Notes under the pieces: generated by a model
What the model saw: only the letters and a program-made list of their open reading frames with translations
Databases searched by the model: none
Told to the model about the DNA's origin: nothing
Part shown: one piece after another, positions 28,573-39,157 of the stretch
Position numbering within the stretch: position 1 is the stretch's first letter
Layout: every line of letters starts with the position of its first letter
Program-made: the position numbers and the translations under genes
IMG/VR virus record: IMGVR_UViG_3300025102_000021
Coordinates: 784-64,783 of that record
Source of the DNA: a virus
Taxonomy: Duplodnaviria; Caudoviricetes
Direction: 5' to 3' (one strand)
Length of the DNA: 64,000 bases

Positions 28573-29412
28573 TTATTTTTTGTTACCTTTAATAGATTTA
28601 GCTACTACGTCAATTAAATTGTAGTTTACTATGTCAGGCTTTCCTGGTCTACTAACAACCGCGTATGAAGGTACTTCGTCGGACATAACACCTTGAAACT
28701 TACCTTTACCGTGTTTTTTGTTTTTGTACTCAAAGTTGTATACGTTAAGACCACTAGGAGACTCACCAACTTTCTTAATGTTTTTCTTCATAGATCTTTC
28801 AGAAAGCATACCCGCAACACCGCCAATTATACCTGCGCCTCCACCGACAATATCTGCTGTCGACTGATCAACTGCTCCTTGAGCGTTAGCCGCGTCTTCT
28901 CTAGACATGTTCATTAGATTAGCGTTCATGTCAGCTTGTCTTGATTGACGTTCTGATTCTCCTTGAGCCTTCGCCATTTGGTTAGCGCCGGCAGCTTGAG
29001 CTGAAGCTTTAGTATTAGCAGACTCTTGAGCACCTATACTAGCTGACGCTTGCTGAGCTTGTTGATTTGCCGCGCCCATCATAGCTTGAATATTACCAGC
29101 GTCAAAACCACCTGCCTGTTCCATGCTACCCATCATGTTAGCCTGCTGTTGCTCCATAGCCTTTCTTTGAAACTCAGCTTGCTGCGTGTTAACAGTTAGG
29201 TCTTCCATAGTGTTTTCAAGATCTTCGTATGGATTTGTTATTTCCGTATTTCTATATGCCTCCTTATCCAACGCGGCTTGCTCGTTAGCCGCTTTTAAGG
29301 CTTCCTTCTTCTTACCTCTACCTATTAGACCACCAGCCAACTGAGCTACGGCTCCTAAGAATTTCATAGGGCTGTTACTGTAGTGTATTGGATCGTTATT
29401 TTTATTGCTCAT
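28573..29412 (-). CDS. Pilot/ejection protein with C-terminal peptidase S74-like auto-chaperone domain
   Basis: Gly/Ala hydrophobic ends, Q/A coiled coil, then LSERSMKKNI...YNFEYK...GVMSDEV...VNY. Confidence 0.7.
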   Translation of the reverse strand: MSNKNNDPIHYSNSPMKFLGAVAQLAGGLIGRGKKKEALKAANEQAALDKEAYRNTEITNPYEDLENTMEDLTVNTQQAEFQRKAMEQQQANMMGSMEQAGGFDAGNIQAMMGAANQQAQQASASIGAQESANTKASAQAAGANQMAKAQGESERQSRQADMNANLMNMSREDAANAQGAVDQSTADIVGGGAGIIGGVAGMLSERSMKKNIKKVGESPSGLNVYNFEYKNKKHGKGKFQGVMSDEVPSYAVVSRPGKPDIVNYNLIDVVAKSIKGNKK

Positions 29413-29452
29413 ACTTTTTAATTTACTATACTATTATTACTTTTTTATACGC

Positions 29453-29818
29453 TTATTTACTACTTTGAGCTATCTCAGCGCTGACGTTAAATATCTCAGC
29501 TCTATCTGTAGAATCGTTTATCATCTTGATTTCTGCATAGTAACCTAACAAAGAACTGATGTTAGCCATGCTACTTTTGCTAAAGAACAAGAAGTCTCCA
29601 GCCGCGGGAGGAGTTATGGTTACATCAGCATCGACGTATATATACCCATAGCCATTAAGTCTTCTTATCTCCTCTATAGGCCCAACTTTAGATATATTGT
29701 TAAAACTTTGCACCGTATCAAAACCGCTGTCAAAAGTTTCTGGAGAACAAAATAAAGTGTCTCCTACTTGAACAGAGTTGTTTATATTACCGGTTATTTT
29801 TATAGTTATTAATGCCAT
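29453..29818 (-). CDS. Small tail-associated protein
   Basis: INNSVQVGD...FLFFSK...SSLLGYYA. Directly downstream of the large tail gene. Confidence 0.6.
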   Translation of the reverse strand: MALITIKITGNINNSVQVGDTLFCSPETFDSGFDTVQSFNNISKVGPIEEIRRLNGYGYIYVDADVTITPPAAGDFLFFSKSSMANISSLLGYYAEIKMINDSTDRAEIFNVSAEIAQSSK

Positions 29819-29827
29819 TTAATTATT

Positions 29828-32800
29828 TTATGTTAGCTGTACTTTTTGAGTTTTTAAGGTATCTACTGGATCAAAAGTGTTAGACGTGCCTGTTCCAGTG
29901 TACTTTATAGTATAAGTAACCTTACCGTTAGCGTCTCCATCAGAGTTAGCGCTTAAAGCGTAAGACACTTCCCATCTTGAAATATCGTCAACAGACAGCG
30001 CCATATCATGCTCTCCAGCGCCAGTTCCAAAAGAAAGGCCACTATCAGTTTCTATAACTACAGTAGCTACAGTTCTTTGCGTTGTGCCAACCGTTGTGCC
30101 ACCATCGCTAGAAACGGTAAACACGTCATTTTCACTACTGTCATCAGACGCATTTACAGTCTGCGTAGCTGAATAACCTGTTCCAGCGGTTAAAATTGGA
30201 GTTTCAGTGCCGGCGGTGTTTACTATAGCAACAGTAAATGATTGGCCTGAAGTAGATGCTGTAACTTCTTCAGATTCTCTTATTTTTACAGTGTAAACGA
30301 CGTCTTCCGTTATAGTTAAGCTACCAAACAAAACATCAACTAAAACTGTTCCAAAAGCCCCATCAGAGTAAGAGACCGTTATATCGTTAGTGTTAGCTGT
30401 GCCGGCGTTCGTAGTTATTGTTAGACCTGTTGTCGAAAAGTCTGCTGCGGCAGCAAGGTCAAAACCTAAGTTTGGTGTTATAACCATAGAAAGACTTTGC
30501 AGCGTATTTTGATTGTCACCGTCCATTACCTCAGCTGAAATTCCTTGAACACTAGCGTTAGCTAAAGATAAGCCTGTTGTGTTATCAACCATTACTACAC
30601 TTACGTTTCTAGTTAAAGAGTCAGGTATTACCTGCTCTTCAACTTCAACATCACCATCGTTCATTGTTGGGCTAGGGAAGGTTACTAAGTCAAGAGCTGA
30701 AATACCATCGTCGCTTGGATCTGGGTTGTCAGCTTGACCTTGGTAAGAATACGTGTACGTAACCGCTGTGGGTTGACCTTCACCGTTGTAAGTATACACT
30801 TCAGTATAAGACCAGTGAGATGCTGTATTAAAAGCTTCTGTAGGATCAAAGTCATCAGCAGAGAACACATAGCCCGGTTGAGCCGTGAAAGTTGCAGAGA
30901 ACGTCTCTTGTGCTGCTCCAGACGTGCTATATAGTTGACTTTGTCCAGATAAATTAAACGTTGCGTTTCCTGAAGCATCGTATGACGGCGCAAACACAGA
31001 GTAATCACTTAACCCGCTTATGTCATACGTGTAGTTTACTGGCTGATTTATTGTTACTTGAAACTCGTGGTCTTGACAAATGTCAACAAGGTCAACCTCT
31101 ATAGGTATAGCGTAGGACGTGTTTGAAGAAATAACAGCTGAACTTAGCGTTACAGTTAGGGTTATAGTATTTCCAGGCATGATCGTTTGAGCACTAGGCA
31201 CACTAACTGAAGTGATGCCGCTAGGTAAGGTTCCTACTGTTATGTTTGCAGATGTAATTGCACCGCAAGCTGGAGCTGTAAGCACTATTGATTGCGTGCC
31301 TAAAGTATTTTGATTAGCACCGTTTTGTATGGTGCTTGATGGAACAACTACAGTAGTAGTACTGGCTCCATCTCCAGTTAACGTAGTAGTTAAAGAAACC
31401 GTGCTAGTGCCAAAAGTTGCTCCGCCAAAGCCAATAGAGTCTATTCTACCTAGTCCTTGTACGTTAAACTCTTGTGATGTTGGTAAGTTACTACCGTCTA
31501 GCTCATCACCATGTATGTAATTAAACCATTTACCTTCTTTTTCCTTAAACTCATGTATAGAACCTCTTTGCTTGTCTGTTATTATGCTTTCTACAGACCA
31601 GCCGTTTACAGCTGTGTTATTGTAGTATTCGTTATCGCTAAAAATTAAAGCGTCGCCACCTCCCACCGTGGCAGCAACATTGTCTACTAAGGTTAGCGAG
31701 GTACCACTTATAGACTTTACAACGCCTACTTTAATACCGTCGTCGAGGCTTACTGTTTGTCCAGCTGCTATAGCGGTGTTTGATGTTGCTAAAGTTATGC
31801 TGTCACTAGATCCGCTAGAAACTGAAGCGCCACTATTATCTACAGAAACATCAGGCTTTATAATCTTAGACTGAGTTCCCTCGTAGTTTATAGCTTGAAA
31901 GCTTTTGACAGCAGCAGGTGCATCGTTAAATATAGTTGTTATAGAAGACTTGTATTGCGTGCCATAATAGTTACATCTAGCAACGTCGCCACCACTGTAG
32001 TTTTTCTCATCGTGCAAGTAAACTAAGCCTCCGACCATCGTGTAATAGTTAGAGTCAAGAGAAACACCAGCGTCTGGAACGTAAGACTTAAAAGAGGTCC
32101 AGCCTTTAACAAATTCAGAGTAAGAAATTGTTTCTACAGTCTTACTAGTGCTCGTAACGTTGTAATGTAACGTTAAGTCATATTCACCTTTATCTCTATT
32201 GTAAGAACCTACCGCGGCAGATATTTCATCTAGTGCATCTCCAAAGTAGTCTCCCATACCAGCGTCAGATATAGCTGTCAATCCGTCGTTTGATAATCTT
32301 AAAACTTTATTTCTATGAGGGTCTACAAAATAGGATCTAAACTCTTCGTTGATAAAAGAAGATCTTAACGTACCTATACCAAACTCTCCAGCATACGGAA
32401 CAGTTTGACCTAACACGTTTTTAGTTGAAGTCACTTGATTAGCTCCTGATGCTGTAAATAAAGCATCTTTGTTAGCTAACACTTTTACCGCTTTATGCTC
32501 GCAAACTGTAGTTATGTTTGTGTCTCTAGCGTTTAGTATTTGTATAGAGCCAAACTGAGGGTTTAAGTCTTTAGTTATTCCCGAAGAACTAATAAACTGA
32601 TTCAAGTTGTTTACTCCATTTTTAGAGTTGTATATACCTGAGAATATTAATCCATTGCCTCTGTCTTCTTCTTTATAGTTATCTGATGTAGTTGACACCT
32701 TTACGCCGTTCTCCATTAACGGAGCGTTAAAGTCATCTTGTATTCTATTAGACTCAACACCATTACCAAACTTAAAGCAATTAGAAAAAGGCAAGCAAAA

Positions 32801-35800
32801 CATTCCGTTGTGGACTTCAGGTTTTATATATAGTACCGTGCCAGACGTTCCGTACGTAGCCTCTGAGCTAGAGTGCCATATTTTAGCCGTAGCAAAAGAT
32901 CCGTCCTCTCTAATAAACCAAACAGTGCCAGCTCTTTGATAATTGTTTGAATTGGTGTCTAAAGAGCCATTACCATCGCTATCGTACGCGTGTAATACCG
33001 GCAAAGTAAAAGGCGTATCAACAGTTACAGCTGTAGGTCCATCTGGAAACTCAGGTCCAGCTACGCTAACTACAGTTGTGGTTAAATTATACCAAGCTCT
33101 TCTCCTACTAGCATCGTGCATAAACTCCTCACGTAGCTCAGTCGTTTGCCCAGATTGAGCCCCAGCTTTGTAGTACATGTAAATTCTATCTCCGGGATTA
33201 ATAAACTCATACGCGTTTTGTTCTTTTAGCTTTACAGGATAAGTTCTAGGAACCTCATAATATACAGGTATATCTAATTTGTCTCTAGGTTCTACCTCAA
33301 ATATAGCTGGGTTTGGGTTGTTGGTGCCGCCGGTAGTCGAATATATGTTATCAGACTGCCAATACTTTCTCCAAGAACCATCATTACCTGGCTGTACACC
33401 AAAAGCTGCGATAATAGCTCTGTCTATTTTCACTTTAGCAAAAAACTTACCAGCTTTGTCTTCGCCGGACGGTACTCTTTCCTCTGGAATAGAGTCATCT
33501 GGAACTTCATTTGATATATCTAATATTTTATATTTTCTATCGCCCATACCTGATATGTGCGCGTCTGTAGCTCCAAGGCCGTCTTGCCATCTAGAATGAC
33601 CTTTTTTTAATATTAAAAAATCTCCTTCTTGAACTTTGTTTCTATCTGCAGAAGAAAAAGATAACCAAACTTCACTAGCGTTATCATTGTCGTCTACATT
33701 ACACGGATAATGCGCTTGCAAAGGTATATTGTAAAATTCAGCTGAGGATTCTTTAATAAAGAATTTAAAATATTCCGCCCAGCTTGGAGCGTTGTGAGCT
33801 ACATCTAATCTCAATCTATCAATTTGATCTCTTCTTTGATAACCTATATCTAAAGTGTACTTGTCGCCTATAACTACAGATGATTCTCTACCAAATCTAT
33901 CTTTATAAACCATACCAACAGAATATGATCTACCAGCCTTTAAAGCTGGATAACCGTAAAACTTTCCGTTACTATGGTTTGTTTGCCACTTATAAGGATC
34001 TGAGTGTAAAGAAAAATTGCCTCGCCAGTCGTTATAGTTCAACTCTATATTATCTTCAGCCGCGTCTTTTAGATCGTAGTTTGCTTTGTAGTTACCATAT
34101 ATTAATCTTGAGGCAGATATAGTTTGAGCTACTGCTGTTCTAGGTACAGAATCAAAAGGCCTTAGCAGTTGGTCAGACGGAAGTACAGATCCTAACGCAC
34201 TACCGGTAGCAACAAACCTTCCGTGACCAGCGTTTGAAACGCCCTCAAAAGCGTCTTTATCAAACTCATATTCTCTAAAGCCTGTGCTAGCGTTTACCTT
34301 GTAGTCTCCTTTTTTAATTGTTTTTAAAAGATACAAGTTTGCCACTTTGTCTTCTTTAGCTACTATATCTACTTGAACCACGTCTTTTGGCGTGCCTAAA
34401 GGTAAGAAGTTACTTATAGTAAGCTCCCTTAAATCGTTTATCATAGCGGTGTTGTAGCTATCTTTAGAAGAATAACTGTATCGATCTCTAGGTAAAAAAC
34501 AAACTTCAGAAAAAGGTGATAAAGCTGATACTTCGCCATCTTCATATTTCCACCTGTAGGCTATTCTAATAAACTGCTTTTCCCACATGGCTTTTGCTGG
34601 ATGCTTTGATTTACCGCTTTCATACAGGCTAGCTTCCCATTTTATAGCCGCTTGATTTGGTGGCTTTTCAAGATAAAGAGCGTTAGCTTCTATGAACTTA
34701 GTGCTTATAGTTGTGGCTGAGCTGTCAGTAACCTCTAGATATACTTCGTAGCCATTGTTTTTTAATACTAGTTTGTCACCTGCTTTTATTGATCTGTAGT
34801 TACCACCAGAGTCTATGTTTAATGCTATTTCTACTTTTTCGTGCTCTACATTTTCTGCTATAGTAAAGTTAAAAGCATTCCCTTTGGTGTAGCTAGTAAA
34901 GTCTGTTCCTGCACCCTCATCTCCAGCTGTGTTAGTTACACCTATTTTATTAACCTGCCCTTTTAACTGAGTGTTACGCATTTTAATAACAGGAGGATTT
35001 AAAGGACTTCTTTTTATTACGGTGATATGCTCTAGCGTAAGCTTTTCTGAAGCAAATTCACCTAAGTGATTTTTATAAACAAACTTAGTCTCGTGATAAG
35101 GGTTGACGTTTAGCGTACCTCTTTTAGAGTTTTCAATATTTATTTTTTTAGGCTCAGTTTTACCGTCAGTAAAATAAAGTAAACCATCAAAAGTGTTTAT
35201 ACCAGTTATCTTGTTATCTATTGGAGTAGGACTAGTAACGCTGCTACCATTAGTGTCTGTGTAAGAAATTTTACTTGATGGCTCAAAGTTTAAAAGCCTT
35301 TCGTCACTAAACTTTAAAACAGCGCCAGCATTTAAGTTTGCTGCCGTTAAGTTTATAGTTCCTGTAGACGGGTTACTAAGTCTTAGTATTAAATAAGATG
35401 AAGGTATGTCAAATTGAGGTGTTGCAAGAATTACAGTTATTGTTCCATTAGCCTCCCAAAGATTAGTGCCATCTGGTAGTACAGCTTGAACAGTCATGCC
35501 TGATTTTATACCGTTTAAGTAGTTAAAGTAAGCAGAGTCGGTAACTATAATTTCAGTGTAGTTTTCGGTTATGACGGTAGTAGCGTTAGTTGTAGCCGTA
35601 GGGTTAGCCTTGGTATTTCTTTTTCCTCCTTCAATAACACCGAAAGGTCTTTTAACCTCATATATATCGCTAAAAACTATTTTAGTTGTGTTTTGGGAAG
35701 TTTTAGGAGTTTCTACAATAGCGTCTGATCTAACCCCTGTTTCTACGTTTCCGTACGATCCAACCGATGTAACACCATAGTCTAACACTCTAGCTATAAG

Positions 35801-36139
35801 AGAGTATATTTTTTTTGTCTTATCATCTACTGTAGTTCCAACAACCTCAGCATTACTGCTAAACCCTGCTTGTCCACCAAAAGTGTAAGTATAGTTATAC
35901 CCCATAGGATAACCATCTCTATCAAACGCTTGCTCTAAGCCATCGTAAAACGGCTCGTGATAAGATATAGTATTAAGGTTATAGTTGCCAATTAAGTTTT
36001 CGACAGCGCCAACATTAGAACTCTCAGACGTAGTCACCTCTATATTTAAGCCGTGCTTATACTCACCGCTAGGAAGCAACCTTTCGTCAAGGTCTTTATT
36101 CATTTTACCTTTTTCAAAACCTCTCTTTAATTCCGGCAT
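29828..36139 (-). CDS. Tail stabilisation/nozzle protein (P22 gp10-like, crAss-like) with C-terminal beta-rich extension
   Basis: GKMNKDLDERLLPSGEY..LN N-terminus, FTDGKTEPKKINI, YRWKYEDGEVSALSPFS, GWTSFKSY, KEKEGKWFNYI. Confidence 0.8.
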   Translation of the reverse strand: MPELKRGFEKGKMNKDLDERLLPSGEYKHGLNIEVTTSESSNVGAVENLIGNYNLNTISYHEPFYDGLEQAFDRDGYPMGYNYTYTFGGQAGFSSNAEVVGTTVDDKTKKIYSLIARVLDYGVTSVGSYGNVETGVRSDAIVETPKTSQNTTKIVFSDIYEVKRPFGVIEGGKRNTKANPTATTNATTVITENYTEIIVTDSAYFNYLNGIKSGMTVQAVLPDGTNLWEANGTITVILATPQFDIPSSYLILRLSNPSTGTINLTAANLNAGAVLKFSDERLLNFEPSSKISYTDTNGSSVTSPTPIDNKITGINTFDGLLYFTDGKTEPKKINIENSKRGTLNVNPYHETKFVYKNHLGEFASEKLTLEHITVIKRSPLNPPVIKMRNTQLKGQVNKIGVTNTAGDEGAGTDFTSYTKGNAFNFTIAENVEHEKVEIALNIDSGGNYRSIKAGDKLVLKNNGYEVYLEVTDSSATTISTKFIEANALYLEKPPNQAAIKWEASLYESGKSKHPAKAMWEKQFIRIAYRWKYEDGEVSALSPFSEVCFLPRDRYSYSSKDSYNTAMINDLRELTISNFLPLGTPKDVVQVDIVAKEDKVANLYLLKTIKKGDYKVNASTGFREYEFDKDAFEGVSNAGHGRFVATGSALGSVLPSDQLLRPFDSVPRTAVAQTISASRLIYGNYKANYDLKDAAEDNIELNYNDWRGNFSLHSDPYKWQTNHSNGKFYGYPALKAGRSYSVGMVYKDRFGRESSVVIGDKYTLDIGYQRRDQIDRLRLDVAHNAPSWAEYFKFFIKESSAEFYNIPLQAHYPCNVDDNDNASEVWLSFSSADRNKVQEGDFLILKKGHSRWQDGLGATDAHISGMGDRKYKILDISNEVPDDSIPEERVPSGEDKAGKFFAKVKIDRAIIAAFGVQPGNDGSWRKYWQSDNIYSTTGGTNNPNPAIFEVEPRDKLDIPVYYEVPRTYPVKLKEQNAYEFINPGDRIYMYYKAGAQSGQTTELREEFMHDASRRRAWYNLTTTVVSVAGPEFPDGPTAVTVDTPFTLPVLHAYDSDGNGSLDTNSNNYQRAGTVWFIREDGSFATAKIWHSSSEATYGTSGTVLYIKPEVHNGMFCLPFSNCFKFGNGVESNRIQDDFNAPLMENGVKVSTTSDNYKEEDRGNGLIFSGIYNSKNGVNNLNQFISSSGITKDLNPQFGSIQILNARDTNITTVCEHKAVKVLANKDALFTASGANQVTSTKNVLGQTVPYAGEFGIGTLRSSFINEEFRSYFVDPHRNKVLRLSNDGLTAISDAGMGDYFGDALDEISAAVGSYNRDKGEYDLTLHYNVTSTSKTVETISYSEFVKGWTSFKSYVPDAGVSLDSNYYTMVGGLVYLHDEKNYSGGDVARCNYYGTQYKSSITTIFNDAPAAVKSFQAINYEGTQSKIIKPDVSVDNSGASVSSGSSDSITLATSNTAIAAGQTVSLDDGIKVGVVKSISGTSLTLVDNVAATVGGGDALIFSDNEYYNNTAVNGWSVESIITDKQRGSIHEFKEKEGKWFNYIHGDELDGSNLPTSQEFNVQGLGRIDSIGFGGATFGTSTVSLTTTLTGDGASTTTVVVPSSTIQNGANQNTLGTQSIVLTAPACGAITSANITVGTLPSGITSVSVPSAQTIMPGNTITLTVTLSSAVISSNTSYAIPIEVDLVDICQDHEFQVTINQPVNYTYDISGLSDYSVFAPSYDASGNATFNLSGQSQLYSTSGAAQETFSATFTAQPGYVFSADDFDPTEAFNTASHWSYTEVYTYNGEGQPTAVTYTYSYQGQADNPDPSDDGISALDLVTFPSPTMNDGDVEVEEQVIPDSLTRNVSVVMVDNTTGLSLANASVQGISAEVMDGDNQNTLQSLSMVITPNLGFDLAAAADFSTTGLTITTNAGTANTNDITVSYSDGAFGTVLVDVLFGSLTITEDVVYTVKIRESEEVTASTSGQSFTVAIVNTAGTETPILTAGTGYSATQTVNASDDSSENDVFTVSSDGGTTVGTTQRTVATVVIETDSGLSFGTGAGEHDMALSVDDISRWEVSYALSANSDGDANGKVTYTIKYTGTGTSNTFDPVDTLKTQKVQLT

Positions 36140-36142
36140 GTA

Positions 36143-37054
36143 TTAGTGTTTTATGTGTTTTGATTTACCGCGCATTACCTGAACTAGTTCATTGAGTTTT
36201 ATATTAGAAAGTCTAAGCTTAGCTGTTCTTTTAGCTGCAAAAGCTTCCCTTCTAAATCTTTGAACTAAGTTCTCTGGCGTATTTCTTCTAGTAGACAAGA
36301 TAGCGTATGCTATACACTTGTACATTGCTTCTTCAGCAAACTTGTGAACTTTCATTTCTTCTTCTGTTCCTAGGCCATCACTTATATATTCTAGCACAAC
36401 GTATTGATCAGTCATGTTAGACGAGAAGTGTATCCTACCAGTTTTAGGATCTATATAAAAAGTACCGTTAGACTGTGCTCTTTCTGGATCTATACCGTAT
36501 CTTCTTCCCTCGTTGTAAGAGTATATGTTTTCTTCATCATACTCAAACGCTTCGTTTTGATTCTCTGGTGGTGTACCAGACTTATACTTACTCCAGCTAT
36601 GAGACTCAGAGTTGTAGTTTAAAGTATCTTCACCTGCTTCTTCCGTATCGCCATCGCCGTCATGGTCAAACCTATAAGTAGCGTCTGCGTTCTGTATTAT
36701 ACTACTAGGATTTGACGAGTCTCTGTTAGGGTACAAAGGGTGATGAATACCTGAATTGTCAACCCAAGAAATCTTAACGTAGTTAACATAATCTTTAGGT
36801 AGCATCATGGTTAAAGTGTTTCCAACTTTTATCTCTTGAGCCTTTATAGATTTAAAAGTATCAAAGCTAAACTCTTGCATTGCTCTTTGAGCATGAAAAA
36901 CTACGTCTGGTCTTCTTATCTTAGATATAATCTTATCTTCACCTACGTATGCTAGTATAAATTGATCTATAATAGTTTGTAAAGAAGTAAACTGATAACT
37001 GCCTAAATCGCTGCCACCATAATACTGAGAATCTGTTTGTGTTATTAATGCCAT
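36143..37054 (-). CDS. Tail ring/adaptor protein
   Basis: LPKDYVNYVKI and VVLEYISDG. Position after the capsid genes. Confidence 0.65.
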   Translation of the reverse strand: MALITQTDSQYYGGSDLGSYQFTSLQTIIDQFILAYVGEDKIISKIRRPDVVFHAQRAMQEFSFDTFKSIKAQEIKVGNTLTMMLPKDYVNYVKISWVDNSGIHHPLYPNRDSSNPSSIIQNADATYRFDHDGDGDTEEAGEDTLNYNSESHSWSKYKSGTPPENQNEAFEYDEENIYSYNEGRRYGIDPERAQSNGTFYIDPKTGRIHFSSNMTDQYVVLEYISDGLGTEEEMKVHKFAEEAMYKCIAYAILSTRRNTPENLVQRFRREAFAAKRTAKLRLSNIKLNELVQVMRGKSKHIKH

Positions 37055-37057
37055 GTT

Positions 37058-38230
37058 TTATGAGTTTTCTTTTTGAAATTCAGACGCATCTTTGCCAGCC
37101 CCAGCTTGAATTAGATCTGGTTGTTTAGCTATTATTCCAGCGAGCTCTAATATTTTGTTAACTAAAGTTGTTTCTTCTGACTCGTGTAGCTCAAAATCTA
37201 CAGCGGTGCTAGAGTCGTACAAAGGATACTCGTTGCCACCTTGAGACTTAGGAACAACAACATAACCCCAATAAGGGTCTGTTGGCGTTTTAACGTAGCT
37301 GTGTTTTATTTGATCTAAACTTGGGTTAGCCGCTGGGTGTAACTCTATCGAGTTAGCACTAGTTCTAACGTAAACAGGATTTGACCTCGTTGGTCTAGCT
37401 AGTGGAGATACATTATATTTTTTTATCTGACCAGCAGTGACTTCAGGTACTTGTTTAGCGTAGCTAGCACCGTAGTTTTGCCAAGTAACTCCACCTAATC
37501 GATACAAAGCGTTAGTACCACCATCACCTATAGTTGTGTCATCTACTTCTTCAATAGATACATTGCCAAAAGTTATATATTTACCCGCGTTAGTAGTATC
37601 TGAATTTTGTAATCTTATATTGTGATTACTAGTGGCGTCTGCTATAAAAGTAAAGCTGAAAGAACCAATTGAAGGTTCATTTATGGTGTGACCAATATTA
37701 TTAAGCCCTGCGTCATCAATATGTATTTTGTAGCCAGATGGCTCGTCCATAGCTACAATTTCCCAATTTACTACATATTTTTTACCCGCTGTTAAAGCAA
37801 CGTTAGTATCACTTTCCGCTATGTGAATAGCACTGTTAGCGTTTTGTAGAATTTTTAAACCACCGTTATAACTATTTGTGGAAGATGGAGCTTCATGGGA
37901 TACAACACCGTTACCAGCTGCTACTTCTGACCAGCCCGCTATGTCAAGTTCAAAAGTATCTTCAAAAGGTTTTGCGTCTGATGTTAAAAGCACACCGTTA
38001 ACTCTAAACGGAGCTACCTTTTCTTCTAATATATAAAGCATGTCTGAGAACTCTGTTGAGTTGCCAGGCATTCTACTAAATCTATTTATATCGTAAAAAT
38101 ATTGCTCAAATATTTCTCTTTGAGCTCGGCTAGCCATAAGGTTGAACTCTTGAGGTGTTAAGTAACCTCTTTGTTCTTTGTTGGCTATAGCTAATACTGT
38201 TTGATATACTGTGTCTATATTTACCGCCAT
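37058..38230 (-). CDS. Tail tubular/head-tail adaptor protein with inserted beta-sandwich
   Basis: NKEQRGYLTPQEFN N-term and DFELHESEE..LVNKILELAGI C-term. Central carbohydrate-binding-like insert. Confidence 0.7.
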   Translation of the reverse strand: MAVNIDTVYQTVLAIANKEQRGYLTPQEFNLMASRAQREIFEQYFYDINRFSRMPGNSTEFSDMLYILEEKVAPFRVNGVLLTSDAKPFEDTFELDIAGWSEVAAGNGVVSHEAPSSTNSYNGGLKILQNANSAIHIAESDTNVALTAGKKYVVNWEIVAMDEPSGYKIHIDDAGLNNIGHTINEPSIGSFSFTFIADATSNHNIRLQNSDTTNAGKYITFGNVSIEEVDDTTIGDGGTNALYRLGGVTWQNYGASYAKQVPEVTAGQIKKYNVSPLARPTRSNPVYVRTSANSIELHPAANPSLDQIKHSYVKTPTDPYWGYVVVPKSQGGNEYPLYDSSTAVDFELHESEETTLVNKILELAGIIAKQPDLIQAGAGKDASEFQKENS

Positions 38231-38239
38231 GTAATAATT

Positions 38240-38288
38240 TTTTATGGATTAGAGTGGCTGCTCAACGAACAACCACTCCTCCATAAAG
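38240..38288 (-). promoter_or_regulatory. Long intergenic RNA hairpin
   Basis: Minus strand TTTATGGA-G-GAGTGGTTGTTC-GTT-GAGCAGCCACTC-TAA-TCCATAAA. The G-U pairs form only on the minus strand. Confidence 0.65.
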
Positions 38289-38291
38289 TAA

Positions 38292-39134
38292 TTACACGTT
38301 TAAGCGCTTTTCAATACTCTTATACACCTCTAAGCCTTCGTCAGTCTTAAACCAAGCGGCTAAAGCTGAGTATGGATGCTCGTTATAAGGTACTGTCATT
38401 AGTTTTCTATCGTTAGAAGCCCAAATGAATGTACGTTGATCTTGAGATAATTTAATTATTCCAAACTCAACAGCTTTGATACCAAAGTTTCTAAGCGTTA
38501 CGTTTTCGTCTGTAGTAAGTTCTAAGAATAAACCAGGATTGTTTCGAGCAAATAATAGCAAGTCTCGTTTAAGTTCTTTAGAACTCATCTTAGACACCTT
38601 AGACCCTAACTCTACACGCATAACAGCTTCAGCAGTATCAATGTCTAGTTCTTTGGCTATACTTAACGCTTCAACTTGGAACTCCAAGAAGTCTAACTCA
38701 CTAGCAGCTTCTTTTTGAGGCATTATCTCGTGAAATACAACTTCTTTTTGAGGGTGATACAAGGAAAGCATTTTTTGCAGCACTGTTTTAGACTTCGGTA
38801 CTGTTAAAACTCCGTTTCTAAATATAACGTGCTCTAATCTTCCATCACCAACAAATTCATCTACGAACGGTGTTCTTTGATTAGAAGTATACTTAAGCTC
38901 ACGCTCGTATCCTTTGTCTTCGTCAAAATAATAAATGTTTGTTGTTTTAAGCTTGTAGCTCAGTGGGCTTCTATTGTCTGATAGAAAGTAAGTTCTATCT
39001 TTTACTTCCCATTCAGGTTTTTTTGGTTGAGGCTTTTTGATAGCAACTTCAACCATCTTGTTTGTAGCTTTGATTTCTGGTTGTTCTACTTCAACCTTCG
39101 GTGTAGCTTTTGCTACGGTTTGCTTTTTAGCCAT
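38292..39134 (-). CDS. Hypothetical protein downstream of the major capsid gene
   Basis: 280-aa ORF in the head module. Confidence 0.75.
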   Translation of the reverse strand: MAKKQTVAKATPKVEVEQPEIKATNKMVEVAIKKPQPKKPEWEVKDRTYFLSDNRSPLSYKLKTTNIYYFDEDKGYERELKYTSNQRTPFVDEFVGDGRLEHVIFRNGVLTVPKSKTVLQKMLSLYHPQKEVVFHEIMPQKEAASELDFLEFQVEALSIAKELDIDTAEAVMRVELGSKVSKMSSKELKRDLLLFARNNPGLFLELTTDENVTLRNFGIKAVEFGIIKLSQDQRTFIWASNDRKLMTVPYNEHPYSALAAWFKTDEGLEVYKSIEKRLNV

Positions 39135-39157
39135 AATATAATATAATAATAGTTAAT

